Shown here in pieces: positions 1-12,370 of a stretch of DNA of 47,217 nucleotides. The position numbers were made by a program, and so were the translations under genes. How positions within the stretch are numbered: position 1 is the stretch's first letter; each line of letters opens with the position of its first letter. A model generated the notes under the pieces. It was not told where the DNA came from, did not search any database, and saw only the letters and a program-made list of their open reading frames with translations. This DNA comes from Stellaceae bacterium. GTDB taxonomy: Bacteria > Pseudomonadota > Alphaproteobacteria > ATCC43930 > CGMCC-115725. The stretch lies in contig DASWFH010000310.1 in NCBI GenBank assembly GCA_036394355.1, positions 1 through 47,217 of the forward strand, written 5' to 3'.

Positions 1-92
1 CAGAGCCGCTGCTGCAGATCGCGCGCCGGCGCCGGCATCACCGGATCAGACGATGCGAGTGTCGAGCGCAGCTTGGCCAGGCCCATGAACAT
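1..92 (-). CDS. 5' end of an unidentified CDS running off the left edge (MFMGLAKLRSTLASSDPVMPAPARDLQQRL...)
   Basis: ATG at 92..90 with GGAGG (rc of 100-104) 7 nt upstream. The frame stays open to the window edge. No family recognised. Confidence 0.3.
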   Translation of the reverse strand, partial: MFMGLAKLRSTLASSDPVMPAPARDLQQRL

Positions 93-186
93 TCGTTGGC
101 CTCCGTCGGACGACTCGTCCGACAGTCACGCTAGGGCCGGATTGGTTAATGCGCGGCTAATGCCCGCGAAAAAGGCACCACCAGTG

Positions 187-384
187 CTAGGCGGATGCGG
201 CAGCGCCTTGCGATTGGGCGCTTTCGCGCGCTTCGAGGCGTTGCCTCGCCTCGGCGAGCAGCGTCCGCACCGCTTCGTCGCTGAAGCCATCCCGCGCCAT
301 GACCAGGCGCGTCACCGGGTCGTTCAGCAGCTCATCAAGAGAAGGCTCACGGTTGCGGACGTACATCGGACCTGCCTGCGACAC
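187..384 (-). CDS. small hypothetical protein, paralog of ORF 26228..26515
   Basis: 65-codon ORF with GTG at 384 and an in-frame ATG at 366. It shares the block EPSLDELL(N/S)DP..DG..ARQxL with the second copy. No named family recognised. Confidence 0.45.
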   Translation of the reverse strand: MSQAGPMYVRNREPSLDELLNDPVTRLVMARDGFSDEAVRTLLAEARQRLEARESAQSQGAAASA

Positions 385-536
385 TGCGTCAGCATGCCAC
401 AGAAGCGTGAAATCTCCGCTACGGCATCAATGCCAATTTTAGCCTCTTTTGAGCGGATGGCGTGCGCGCAACGGCTTCTGGTCTCGACGGATTCTTTCCG
501 CTACCGTCTTTCTCGGAAAAGCGCTGCATCCTTGCC

Positions 537-1274
537 ATGGCCCCCGCCCGCCGATCGCCTGCCGCCGAGGAAGAAGCTCCCGCCGACACGGGAGCGGCGG
601 ACAAGCCGCATTACCTCGGCCACCGCGAGCGGCTGCGCGCGCGGCTTCTCGCCGGTGGCGCCGAAGCGCTCGCCGATTACGAGCTTCTCGAATTCGTGCT
701 CTTCGCCGCGCGGCTGCGCGGCGACACGAAACCGCTCGCCAAGGCGCTCATCGCCCGCTTCGGCGGCTTCGCCGGCGTGTTCGGCGCCGACAAGGAGGCG
801 CTCATGGACGTGCCCGGCATGGGCGAGGCGACCGCCGCGGCGCTGCTGGCGGTGCGCGCCGCGGCGCTGCGCATCGCCCGCGCCGAGGTGCAGCGTCGCT
901 CGGTGATCGCCTCCTGGCAGGCACTCCTCGACTACTGCACGATCGCCGCCGGCTATGCCGCGATCGAGGAGTTCCGCCTGCTCTTCCTCGACAAGAAGAA
1001 CGCGCTCATCGCCGACGAGCCGCAGCATCGCGGCACCGTCGATCACACGCCGGTCTATCCGCGCGAGGTGGTGAAGCGCGCGCTCGCGCTCGGCGCCTCC
1101 GCAATCATCATGGTGCACAACCATCCCTCCGGCGACACGACGCCGTCCCAGGCCGATATCGACATGACCCGCGCCGTGGCGAAGGCGCTCCATCCCGTCG
1201 GCATCGCGGTTCACGACCACATCGTCATCGGCCGCGGCCGCCATTCGAGCTTCCGCACGCTCGGGCTGCTCTGA
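537..1274 (+). CDS. radC: RadC-family JAMM/MPN protein (UPF0758)
   Basis: C-terminal HNHPSGD motif plus N-terminal HRERLRARLL and DYELLEFVLF segments typical of RadC. ATG 537 is preferred over the ORF-track start at 462. Confidence 0.9.
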   Translation: MAPARRSPAAEEEAPADTGAADKPHYLGHRERLRARLLAGGAEALADYELLEFVLFAARLRGDTKPLAKALIARFGGFAGVFGADKEALMDVPGMGEATAAALLAVRAAALRIARAEVQRRSVIASWQALLDYCTIAAGYAAIEEFRLLFLDKKNALIADEPQHRGTVDHTPVYPREVVKRALALGASAIIMVHNHPSGDTTPSQADIDMTRAVAKALHPVGIAVHDHIVIGRGRHSSFRTLGLL

Positions 1275-1341
1275 GGCCGAGGCGACGGAATAAAACCGCG
1301 CCACTTCGGGTCAGCCGCTGAAGCGGCAGGGGAAATCGATC

Positions 1342-1890
1342 TTGCAGGCACAGGCATCCTACGGCGCCGCCGCGCGCACCTTCCACTGGGTGACCGTCGC
1401 GCTGCTGCTCATCATCATCCCCATCGGCCTCGTCATGGCCGACCTGCCGCGCGGCATCGTGCAGAACATGTTCTTCATCACCCACGAATCGCTAGGGCTG
1501 ACGGTATTGGCCCTGACCCTCGGCCGCTTCCTGTGGCGGCTGGGGCATCCGCCGCCGCCCTCTCTCGACCTCAACCGGCTCGAGCGCGGGGCGAGCGCCG
1601 GCGTTCACGCGCTGCTTTACGCCGTGCTCATCATCATGCCGGCGACGGGCTATCTCTTCGTCACCTTGAGCGACATCGATGTCAGCTATTTCGGCCTCGT
1701 GCATGTCCCGGCGCTGGTCGCGCCGGACAAGCCGACGGGAAAAATCTTCGGCGCGATACACGTCAGCCTGCAATGGGCGATCTATGCGCTGGCGGCGATG
1801 CACATCGGCGCCGCGCTGCAACACTACTTCATCCGGCACAACGACGTGCTGGCGCGCATGCTGCCGTCGCTGCGCGACCGCACGCGCTGA
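1342..1890 (+). CDS. cytochrome b561 family protein (CybB-like)
   Basis: TTG start with GGGGAA upstream. About 180 aa with four hydrophobic helices and conserved His positions (FHWVTVALL, THESLG, IHVSLQW, MHIGAALQH). Confidence 0.8.
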   Translation: MQAQASYGAAARTFHWVTVALLLIIIPIGLVMADLPRGIVQNMFFITHESLGLTVLALTLGRFLWRLGHPPPPSLDLNRLERGASAGVHALLYAVLIIMPATGYLFVTLSDIDVSYFGLVHVPALVAPDKPTGKIFGAIHVSLQWAIYALAAMHIGAALQHYFIRHNDVLARMLPSLRDRTR

Positions 1891-1892
1891 AC

Positions 1893-2408
1893 TCAGCTGC
1901 CGACCAGGCTCCAGTTGCCGTCCGACTGGCGGCAGGCGATGCCCGTGTCGCTCTGGCGTTGCCCCGAGATGTTCACGGTTTGCGAATACTGGCGGCACTC
2001 GCGCCCCGCGGCATCGGTGAAGCTGCGCAGCGGCCGCACCCGGCCGCTCGTGCCGGATTGCGGATCGTTCCAATCGGCGGGCGCATTGTCGGCGAGCGCC
2101 TGGCGCTCGGCGGTGGCCGCCGCTCGGCGCGCGGTGTCGTCGAACCGGCTCCCCAAGCGGTTGCCGAAATAGCCGCCCGCCAAGGTGCCGGCGACGGCCG
2201 CGACAGCCATGCCCGCTGCGGCGGTTCCGACCGTCGCTCCCGAGCCGCCCGACGGCGTTTCTGTCGTGTTCTCGATCGTGCTCGCGCGATTCGATGGCGT
2301 CTTGACGGCCGCCGCCGGCCCGGGCGCGTCGTGCCCGCCGTAGATAGCGTGACACCCTGTGAGGGCGATTGCCAGCGCTGCCGCAGCCGGCCAATGCAGA
2401 CCTTTCAT
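1893..2408 (-). CDS. outer-membrane lipoprotein, 17 kDa surface antigen / RT0821-Lpp0805-like
   Basis: ATG 2408 preceded by GGGAGGGG. Lipobox LALTGC, a Gly-rich glycine-zipper stretch, and a C-terminal CRQY...GIACRQSDGNW module. Confidence 0.7.
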   Translation of the reverse strand: MKGLHWPAAAALAIALTGCHAIYGGHDAPGPAAAVKTPSNRASTIENTTETPSGGSGATVGTAAAGMAVAAVAGTLAGGYFGNRLGSRFDDTARRAAATAERQALADNAPADWNDPQSGTSGRVRPLRSFTDAAGRECRQYSQTVNISGQRQSDTGIACRQSDGNWSLVGS

Positions 2409-2530
2409 CGCCCCTCCCGCCCGTTGCATAAATCACACTCCAGGCGCAGAAACGGGCGCCCCCGACAGGGGTTCCGCGCCGTTCGGCGGGCGCCAGTGAA
2501 TGAAACCGGTCCCTCGGCTGTTTATGACGC

Positions 2531-4099
2531 ATGGCCCAGGTATTCCCCCTCAATGTCGACGACCTTTCGCCGGACGAGGGGCGCGCTTCGCTTGCCGGCA
2601 CGCTTGCGGCACTCCACGACCCGTGGACCCTGCTGCGCCATCGCAGGATCGGCGCCGAGGAGGCGGAGCCGGTCGAGGTCGTCCTGGTCCATCCCGAGAT
2701 CGGCGTGGCGCTGGTCGACCAGGCGCCGCGCGATCCGGCCTTGAGCGCCCGCCGGTTGCGCGAACATCTCGACCAGCAACGCTTCGGCGAATTCTTCGCG
2801 GGCGATTTGCCGATCGTCACCTTGAGCGTCGCTGCCGACGAATTCGAGACCATCGGCGAACGGCTCGCTGCCGCCTTCGAGGCGGCACCGCGCCTGGCGG
2901 TCGCCGATGCCGACTGGGCCGATGCGGTGATCGAGTTGCTGATGGTGCCCGACGATCTCGCCATGGCACCCGTCGGCGCCGCCGCGCCCTGGCCCATGCC
3001 GGAGCCCGAGCTTCCGCCGGCACGCCGCGAGCGCTTCGAGGAGGTGCGCCCCGAGCGCTTCGAGGAGACGCCGCACGACCACTACCGTCACTCGCCGTCG
3101 CTCGACCCGGGCGAGCCTCCGCTTCCCCTCATGGTGGATTGGCCGTTTGCCGCCAGCTACGAGCGAAAGCGGCGGCGCGGCCGGATCGCGGCGCTGGTCG
3201 TCATCCCCGTGCTTCTCGCCGGCGCCGGCTTTGCCGCCTGGCAGTATGCCGGCGAGGACATGACGGCGGCGACGAACGACGCCCCGCCGCGCTCGCAGAT
3301 CGAAATCCCCCTGCCGCCGCAATCGCCCGGCGATCGAGCCGCCGGACAGCCCGCGGCCTCGAGCCCGCCGCCCGTCCCGGCCGCGCCGCCGATCATCATG
3401 GCGCAGAAGCCCTATGCGCCGCCACCGCCGACGCCGCCCACGCCGACCCCGGTCGAGCCGTTGCCGCAGGTTGCGGCGACCACCCCGCTGAACCCGCCGC
3501 CCGCGCCAGCACGGGCGGCTGCGACACCTGACCAGGCGCCGGCGCCACAGCCTCAGACGCAGGGCGCCAGCGCGCCGCGGGAGGAGCCGCCGCCGACACA
3601 GACCGCCGCCGCCCCTCCGGCAACGCCAGCCAAGCCGGCCCCCGTCGCGTCACCGAGCCCTGCCAAGCCCAAGCCGACGCAGACCGCCAAGGCGGAACCG
3701 CTGTCGCGGCCGGCCGCGACAGCGCGGCGCGAGCCAAGCCCGGCGAACCGCACGCGCCCGATCGAGAATTCGGACCTCCCGCCGATCGACGCGGCGGACC
3801 TGCCGCCACTCGACGAGGCACCGCCGCCCGCGCCGCAGCGGCCGACCCAGTTCGCGGCGCCCGGCGGCTCGAGCGTGCCGCCCGCGGGCGCATTGGGCCC
3901 GCCGGTGCCGCTCTGGCGCGCGCAGGCCAACAACGCCCCGCCGCCGGCGGCCGCCCCCGCGGCCGAGCCCAACACGCGGGAATGCCGGCCCTATACCTCG
4001 AGCACGACGTTGACCGGCCGCGGCCTGCACGTCGAGGGGATCGCCTGCCGCGGCAGCGACGGGCAATGGCGGCTGGTCAGCGAAGTGCCGCTGCGTTAG
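2531..4099 (+). CDS. membrane-anchored proline-rich protein with a C-terminal surface-antigen-like Cys module
   Basis: 522 aa: acidic N-terminal globular part, one TM helix (IAALVVIPVLLAGAGFAAW), about 270 aa of Pro/Ala-rich spacer, then C-terminal RECRPY...GIACRGSDGQW. Confidence 0.6.
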   Translation: MAQVFPLNVDDLSPDEGRASLAGTLAALHDPWTLLRHRRIGAEEAEPVEVVLVHPEIGVALVDQAPRDPALSARRLREHLDQQRFGEFFAGDLPIVTLSVAADEFETIGERLAAAFEAAPRLAVADADWADAVIELLMVPDDLAMAPVGAAAPWPMPEPELPPARRERFEEVRPERFEETPHDHYRHSPSLDPGEPPLPLMVDWPFAASYERKRRRGRIAALVVIPVLLAGAGFAAWQYAGEDMTAATNDAPPRSQIEIPLPPQSPGDRAAGQPAASSPPPVPAAPPIIMAQKPYAPPPPTPPTPTPVEPLPQVAATTPLNPPPAPARAAATPDQAPAPQPQTQGASAPREEPPPTQTAAAPPATPAKPAPVASPSPAKPKPTQTAKAEPLSRPAATARREPSPANRTRPIENSDLPPIDAADLPPLDEAPPPAPQRPTQFAAPGGSSVPPAGALGPPVPLWRAQANNAPPPAAAPAAEPNTRECRPYTSSTTLTGRGLHVEGIACRGSDGQWRLVSEVPLR

Positions 4100-4176
4100 C
4101 CGGCACGGCAGTTGCGCGCTGGGCAGGGCTGGGCTAAGCCTGCCCGATCCTTCGCGAGCGGCGCCGAGCCACACCG

Positions 4177-5475
4177 ATGATCCCACGCTACAGCCGGCCC
4201 GAGATGAGCGCCATCTGGGCGCCCGAGAGCCGCTTCCGCATCTGGTTCGAGATCGAGGCGCATGCCTGCGACGCGCTCGCCGCCGCCGGCGTCATCCCCC
4301 AATCCGCCGCCCAGGCGGTGTGGGAAAAAGGCAAGTTCGAGGTCGCGCGCATCGACGAGATCGAGCGCGAGACCCACCATGACGTGATCGCCTTCCTCAC
4401 CAACCTCGCCGAGCATATCGGGCCGGAGGCGCGCTTCCTGCACCAGGGCCTGACCTCGAGCGACGTGCTCGACACCTGCCTCGCCGTGCAGCTGAAGCAG
4501 GCGTCCGACATCCTGCTCGCCGACATCGACCGGCTGCTCGCGGCGCTGAAGCGGCGCGCTTTCGAGCACAAGATGACGCTGACCATCGGCCGCAGCCACG
4601 GTATCCACGCCGAGCCCACCACCTTCGGCGTCAAGCTCGCCGGTTTCTATGCCGAATTCGCGCGCGCGCGTCGCCGCCTCGAGGAGGCGCGGACGGAGAT
4701 CGCCACCTGCGCCATCTCCGGCGCCGTCGGCACCTTCGCCAACATCGCGCCCTCGGTCGAGGAGCATGTGGCCAAAAAGCTCGGTCTGTCGCCCGAGCCG
4801 GTCTCGACCCAGATCATCCCGCGCGACCGCCACGCCTTCTTCTTCGCCACGCTGGCGGTGATCGCCAGCTCGGTCGAGCGCCTCGCCACCGAGATCCGCC
4901 ATCTCCAGCGCACCGAGCTGCGCGAGGCCGAGGAGTATTTCGTGCCGGGACAGAAGGGCTCGTCGGCGATGCCGCACAAGCGCAACCCGGTGCTGACCGA
5001 GAACCTCACCGGGCTCGCGCGCCTGGTGCGCGGCGCGGTGATCCCGGCGCTCGAGAACGTGGCGCTGTGGCATGAGCGCGACATCTCCCACTCCGCCGTC
5101 GAGCGCGTGATCGCCCCCGACACGACCATCGCCCTCGATTTCGCGCTGGCGCGCCTCGCCGGCGTGATCGACAAGCTCGTGATCTATCCGGAGGCGATGC
5201 GCCGCAACCTCGATCGGCTCGGCGGCTTGGTCCATTCGCAGCGCGTGCTGCTGGCGCTGACGCAGGCGGGCATGAGTCGCGAGGACGCCTATCGCGCGGT
5301 GCAGCGCAGCGCCATGCCGGTATGGGAAGGCAAGGGCCGCTTCCTCGACCTCCTCAAATCCGACAAGGAAATCGCGCGCCACCTGACGCCGCAGCAGCTC
5401 GAGGCGCAGTTCGACGACGCCTACCACACCAAGCACGTCGACACGATCTTCAAGCGCGTGTTCGGCACGTCCTGA
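4177..5475 (+). CDS. purB: adenylosuccinate lyase
   Basis: Full-length 432 aa with MIPRYSRPEM N-terminus and the fumarate-lyase signature GSSAMPHKRNP. Confidence 0.95.
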   Translation: MIPRYSRPEMSAIWAPESRFRIWFEIEAHACDALAAAGVIPQSAAQAVWEKGKFEVARIDEIERETHHDVIAFLTNLAEHIGPEARFLHQGLTSSDVLDTCLAVQLKQASDILLADIDRLLAALKRRAFEHKMTLTIGRSHGIHAEPTTFGVKLAGFYAEFARARRRLEEARTEIATCAISGAVGTFANIAPSVEEHVAKKLGLSPEPVSTQIIPRDRHAFFFATLAVIASSVERLATEIRHLQRTELREAEEYFVPGQKGSSAMPHKRNPVLTENLTGLARLVRGAVIPALENVALWHERDISHSAVERVIAPDTTIALDFALARLAGVIDKLVIYPEAMRRNLDRLGGLVHSQRVLLALTQAGMSREDAYRAVQRSAMPVWEGKGRFLDLLKSDKEIARHLTPQQLEAQFDDAYHTKHVDTIFKRVFGTS

Positions 5476-5502
5476 AGGAACGGCGCGAGGCAGCGCCTCG
5501 GC

Positions 5503-5826
5503 TTACGGCTTCGGCCCCACCTGCCGCTTCGCCTCCGCGGCGAATCGCTCGAGTTCGGCGCGCACGCGAGCCGCGTCGAGCTTCACGCCCTTCCTGGCAA
5601 AATCGCCGGCCACCTTTTTGATGATATCTTCGTCGCCCGGCTTCTCGAAGTCCGACGCCACCACGTCGCCGGCATAGGCCTCCCGCGCCTCGCCCTTGAG
5701 CCCGAGCTGGTCCGCCGCCCAGAGGCCGAGGAGCTTGTTGCGCCGTGCCTTCGCCTTGAAAGCGAGCTCCTGGTCGTGCTGGAATTTGCGCTCGTAGCCC
5801 TTCTCGCGTTCGTCGAATGTGGTCAT
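5503..5826 (-). CDS. DUF1476 protein, homolog of the alphaproteobacterial F1-ATPase inhibitor zeta subunit
   Basis: 107 aa beginning MTTFDEREKGYERKFQHDQELAFKAKARRNKLLGLWAA. ATG at 5826. Length and N-terminal motif match the zeta/DUF1476 family. Confidence 0.75.
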   Translation of the reverse strand: MTTFDEREKGYERKFQHDQELAFKAKARRNKLLGLWAADQLGLKGEAREAYAGDVVASDFEKPGDEDIIKKVAGDFARKGVKLDAARVRAELERFAAEAKRQVGPKP

Positions 5827-5913
5827 TGCCGTCCTTCCCCGATGCTGGCGCGCCGCGCGCCCATCCCATATATGGCGCTGGTGCGATGAACTGCGAGTAA
5901 ACGAAAAAAGCGC

Positions 5914-6672
5914 ATGTGCACCTTGGTCCTGTTGCGGCGGCCCGGCCAGGACTGGCCCTTGGTCCTCGCCGCGAACCGCGACGAGATGATCGACCGCCCG
6001 GCGCAGCCGCCGGCGCGGCATTGGCCCGACCGGCCCGAGGTGGTGGCCGGGCTCGACGAGCTCGCCGGCGGCTCGTGGCTCGGCCTCAACGACCACGGCG
6101 TGGTCGCCGGCATCCTCAACCGCTTCGGCACGCTAGGCCCCGCGCCGGGCCAGCGCTCGCGCGGCGAATTGGTGCTCGAGGCGCTCGATCACGCCGACGC
6201 GCTCGCCGCGGCGCTGGCGCTCGGCGACATCGACCCGCGCGCCTATCGTTCCTTCAACATGATCATCGCCGACAACCGCGACGCCTTCTGGCTGCGCCAT
6301 GCCGATCCCAGCGGCACCTTGCCGGTCCAGGTGCGGCCGATCGCCACCGGCCTCGCCATGATCGCCGCCGGCGATCTCGACGAGACCGAGACGCCGCGGC
6401 TGGTCCGCTACCGGCCGCGATTCGCCGCGGCAGCCGCGCCCGACCCGGGCAGCGCCGATTGGGCTGCTTGGGAAGCGCTGCTCGCCGATGACGAGGCCGC
6501 GGCGCCGGACGGACCGATGAGCGCCATGCGCTTCGAGACCGAGCGCGGCTTCGCCACGGTTTCCAGCGCCTTGATCGCGCTGCCCGGCACCGAGCGCGGC
6601 GAGGTCCAGCCGGTCTTCCGCTATCGCGCCTGGCAGCCCGCGCCCTCGCCCTGGCGCGACGTCCTCGCCTGA
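5914..6672 (+). CDS. NRDE family protein (DUF833/TANGO2-like)
   Basis: N-terminal MCTLVLL and the LAANRDE motif. 252 aa. Confidence 0.8.
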   Translation: MCTLVLLRRPGQDWPLVLAANRDEMIDRPAQPPARHWPDRPEVVAGLDELAGGSWLGLNDHGVVAGILNRFGTLGPAPGQRSRGELVLEALDHADALAAALALGDIDPRAYRSFNMIIADNRDAFWLRHADPSGTLPVQVRPIATGLAMIAAGDLDETETPRLVRYRPRFAAAAAPDPGSADWAAWEALLADDEAAAPDGPMSAMRFETERGFATVSSALIALPGTERGEVQPVFRYRAWQPAPSPWRDVLA

Positions 6673-6768
6673 GAGGTACCGTTGTTTCAGCGGCAGGGCC
6701 TTGCTATACCCAACCTGTCCGGTGCCACACGATTGCGCCGCCCGTTCCTTCCTTGCCGAGGTCCTGCC

Positions 6769-7533
6769 ATGTCCCGACGCAAACAGGTCTATGAAGGCAA
6801 GGCCAAGGTGCTGTTCGAAGGCCCCGAGCCCGGCACACTGGTGCAGTACTTCAAGGACGACGCCACCGCTTTCAACAACCAGAAGAAGGGCACGATCACC
6901 GGCAAGGGCGTGCTCAACAATCGCATCAGCGAATTCCTGATGATGCGGCTCGCCGAGATCGGCATCCCCACGCATTTCGTGCGCCGGCTCAACATGCGCG
7001 AGCAACTCGTGCGCCAGGTCGAGATCATTCCGATCGAGGTGGTGGTCCGGAATGTCGTTGCGGGCTCGCTCGCCAAGCGCTTCGGCATTGCCGAGGGCAC
7101 GGCGCTGCCGCGTTCGGTGGTCGAGTACTACTTCAAGAACGACGCGCTCGGCGATCCCATGGTGTCGGAGGAGCACATCACCGCCTTCGGCTGGGCGACG
7201 ACCCAGGACCTCGACGACATCATGCAGATGTCGCTGCGCATCAACGATTTCCTCTCCGGGCTCTTTCTCGGCATCGGCATCAAGCTCGTCGACTTCAAGC
7301 TCGAGTTCGGCCGGCTCTACAATGACGACGAGATGCGCCTCGTGCTCGCCGACGAGATCAGCCCGGATAATTGCCGGCTGTGGGATCTCAAGACGAACGA
7401 GAAGATGGACAAGGATCGCTTCCGCCAGGATCTGGGCCGCGTCGAGGAAGCCTACCAGGAGGTGGCACGCCGCCTCGGCATCCTGCCCGAGGGCGGCCCC
7501 GCGGACGTCAAGGGTCCGCAGACGGTGCAATAG
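6769..7533 (+). CDS. purC: phosphoribosylaminoimidazole-succinocarboxamide (SAICAR) synthase
   Basis: [18 protein letters not shown]... with [17 protein letters not shown] 6769 chosen; the 6682 start would add a non-homologous extension. Confidence 0.95.
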   Translation: MSRRKQVYEGKAKVLFEGPEPGTLVQYFKDDATAFNNQKKGTITGKGVLNNRISEFLMMRLAEIGIPTHFVRRLNMREQLVRQVEIIPIEVVVRNVVAGSLAKRFGIAEGTALPRSVVEYYFKNDALGDPMVSEEHITAFGWATTQDLDDIMQMSLRINDFLSGLFLGIGIKLVDFKLEFGRLYNDDEMRLVLADEISPDNCRLWDLKTNEKMDKDRFRQDLGRVEEAYQEVARRLGILPEGGPADVKGPQTVQ

Positions 7534-7545
7534 GGAATAGGAGCG

Positions 7546-7788
7546 ATGAAGGCGCGCGTCCATGTCATGCTGAAGCACGGCGTGCTCGACCCGCAGGGCA
7601 AGGCCATCGCGCATGCGCTCGGATCGCTCGGCTTCGGCGGCGTCAACGAGGTGCGCCAGGGCAAGGTCATCGATCTCGACCTCGCCGAGAGCGATCCGAA
7701 CCGCGCCCGCGCCGTCGTCGAGTCGATGTGCCAGCAGCTCCTCGCCAACACGGTGATCGAGAGCTACCAGATCGAGTTCAGGAGTTAG
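7546..7788 (+). CDS. purS: phosphoribosylformylglycinamidine synthase subunit PurS
   Basis: 80 aa beginning MKARVHVMLKHGVLDPQGKAI, located immediately after purC. Confidence 0.92.
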   Translation: MKARVHVMLKHGVLDPQGKAIAHALGSLGFGGVNEVRQGKVIDLDLAESDPNRARAVVESMCQQLLANTVIESYQIEFRS

Positions 7789-7811
7789 CCCCTCGCAAAT
7801 CGGCCGGCCGG

Positions 7812-8219
7812 TTACGCGATCACCGCGGCCGCTTCCGGCGCGTGGCAGACGGCTTCGATACGGTGGCCGTCGGGATCGAGCACGAAGGCGCCGTAGTAAG
7901 CGGCATGATATTGCGGGCGCAGCCCGGGCGGACCATCGTCGCGGCCGCCGGCGGCGAGCGCCGCCGTGTAAAACGCGCGCACCGCGGCTCGATCCGGCGC
8001 ACGGAAGCAGAGATGCGCCCCCGCGGCCGGTCGGGCTGCTCCCGACTCTCGTGTGATCGTGAACTCGACGCCGGTCGAGCCGGGCGCCGCGCCGTAGTCG
8101 GCGCCGCGCCCCTCGCCGAAATCGACGATGCGCACCAGCCCGAGCGGACGCAGCGCCGCGTCATAGAAGCGCCGGCTGCGCTCGATATCGCTCACGCCCA
8201 ATGAAGCATGGTCCAGCAC
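7812..8219 (-). CDS. VOC (glyoxalase/bleomycin-resistance/dioxygenase) family protein
   Basis: MLDHASLGVSDIERSRRFYDAAL... with C-terminal DPDGHRIEAV. 135 aa. Confidence 0.8.
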   Translation of the reverse strand: MLDHASLGVSDIERSRRFYDAALRPLGLVRIVDFGEGRGADYGAAPGSTGVEFTITRESGAARPAAGAHLCFRAPDRAAVRAFYTAALAAGGRDDGPPGLRPQYHAAYYGAFVLDPDGHRIEAVCHAPEAAAVIA

Positions 8220-8428
8220 GCGGCAGCCTCTCCTCGCATCAGAAGGATAACCGGCTCGATGGCGATGCAGGATTCACATTTGCGTCAGATCGTGGCCTCA
8301 CCGCGACGATTCGGTCGCGGCGCTTATCCTGTTTTGCGATGCGCCGCGCCGGCTTCACGCGTTGCGCGGGAACGCAGGCGCAACGGCACCGTTCCTTAAT
8401 TAGGTATCATTGACACGGAGGTTCCCAG

Positions 8429-8734
8429 ATGGCCAGCCCGCGACAGAAGCGCAAAGTGAAAAAGGTGATGCACGAGTTCAAACACGGCCAACTCAAAGCG
8501 GGCCGTGGACGCCGCGGCAAGGTGAAGAGCCGCCGCCAGGCGATCGCCATCGCCATGTCCGAGTCGGGGCAGTCGCGCAATCGGCGCAAGCGCAAAGCGA
8601 GCGGCACGCGTCGCAAGGCGAAATCGCGCGGCCGCAGCACCGCGCCGAGCCGCAGCACCACGCGCCGCACCGGCACGCACCGTGCGACCGCCCGCCGCAG
8701 CAAGTCGCGCGGCCACAAGAAGAGCCGCAGATAA
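8429..8734 (+). CDS. DUF6496-like small basic protein
   Basis: KVMHEFKHGQLKAGRG..KVKSRRQAIAIAMSESG core followed by an Arg/Lys/Ser-rich tail. Confidence 0.6.
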   Translation: MASPRQKRKVKKVMHEFKHGQLKAGRGRRGKVKSRRQAIAIAMSESGQSRNRRKRKASGTRRKAKSRGRSTAPSRSTTRRTGTHRATARRSKSRGHKKSRR

Positions 8735-8835
8735 CGAGTCGGATAGCGAGTGCTTGATCGGCGGCGGGGAGCGGGTTATCTCAGGGACGACGGGGCGCGA
8801 GCCGCGTCCCCGTCGCCGCGCGAGGCCCCGCTTCG

Positions 8836-9521
8836 ATGCAAGCCGCCATCATCGTTTTTCCCGGCTCCAACCGCGAGCAAGACGTCTTTGATGCGCTGAC
8901 CCGAGCGTCGGGCAAGCCGCCGCTCAAGGTCTGGCACCGCGACAGCGAGCTGCCCAAAGCGGATCTGCTGGTCATTCCCGGCGGCTTTTCCTATGGCGAT
9001 TACCTGCGTTGCGGCGCCATGGCCGCGCATTCGCCGATCATGCGCGCAGTGAAGGAGCGCGCCCAGCGCGGCACACCCGTGCTCGGCATCTGCAACGGCT
9101 TTCAAATCCTGACCGAGGCCGGGCTGCTGCCGGGCGTGCTGCTCGCCAACAAGACGCTCAAATTCCACTGCAAGAACGTCAATTTGCGCGTCGAGACCAG
9201 CCAGAGCATCTTCACCTGCCGCTACGAGGCGGGTCAGGTGATCGAGGCGCCCGTGGCGCATCACGACGGCAATTATTTCGCCGACCCGAAGACGCTCGAC
9301 CGGCTCGAGGATCAGGGCCTCGTCGCCTTCCGCTACTGCACGCCCGAGGGGGCGGTGACGGAAGAGGGCAACGCCAACGGCTCGGCGCGCAACATCGCCG
9401 GCATATTCAACGAGAGCAAGACGGTGCTCGGGCTGATGCCGCATCCCGAGGATGCGACCGATCCGCTGGTCGGCAGGACGGACGGTCAGGCGCTATTCGC
9501 CGGCCTCGTGGGGGCGCTTTC

Positions 9522-9525
<4 letters not shown>
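8836..9525 (+). CDS. purQ: phosphoribosylformylglycinamidine synthase glutaminase subunit PurQ
   Basis: [14 protein letters not shown]..., catalytic GICNGFQ and MPHPE motifs. Confidence 0.95.
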
Positions 9526-11723
<2,198 letters not shown>

Positions 11724-11747
11724 CGGGTTCTCGACCGGAGGCGTGCC

Positions 11748-11984
11748 ATGGCGATGGATGCGGCGACGATCGAGCGGCTGATCAAGGACGGGCTGCCGGA
11801 CGCGCAGGTGAGCATCGAGGATTTGCGCGGCGACGGCGACCACTACGCCGCCCACGTCATCTCGCGCGCCTTCAAGGGCAAGAGCCGCGTGCAGCAGCAT
11901 CAGATGGTCTATCAGGCGCTGCGCGGCCGCATGGGCAACGAGTTGCACGCGCTCGCGCTGCAGACGAACGCACCGGAAGATTGA
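11748..11984 (+). CDS. BolA family protein
   Basis: 78 aa with [31 protein letters not shown], the typical BolA core. Followed directly by Grx4. Confidence 0.85.
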   Translation: MAMDAATIERLIKDGLPDAQVSIEDLRGDGDHYAAHVISRAFKGKSRVQQHQMVYQALRGRMGNELHALALQTNAPED

Positions 11985-12007
11985 GCGAATCTGGCAAAGG
12001 ATTAACC

Positions 12008-12355
<348 letters not shown>

Positions 12356-12370
12356 GGAGCGATCTTCCCG

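Noticed and set aside
5476-5502. Short hairpin CGAGGC-AGC-GCCTCG between convergent purB and the zeta-inhibitor gene, considered as a terminator.
   Set aside because: The stem is only 6 bp with no flanking T/A tracts, which is too weak to call.
6673-6768. Possible purine/ZTP-type riboswitch or PurR box in the purC leader, and similarly upstream of purQ and purB.
   Set aside because: I could not find the conserved ZTP (pfl) or purine riboswitch core sequences, or a convincing structured leader.
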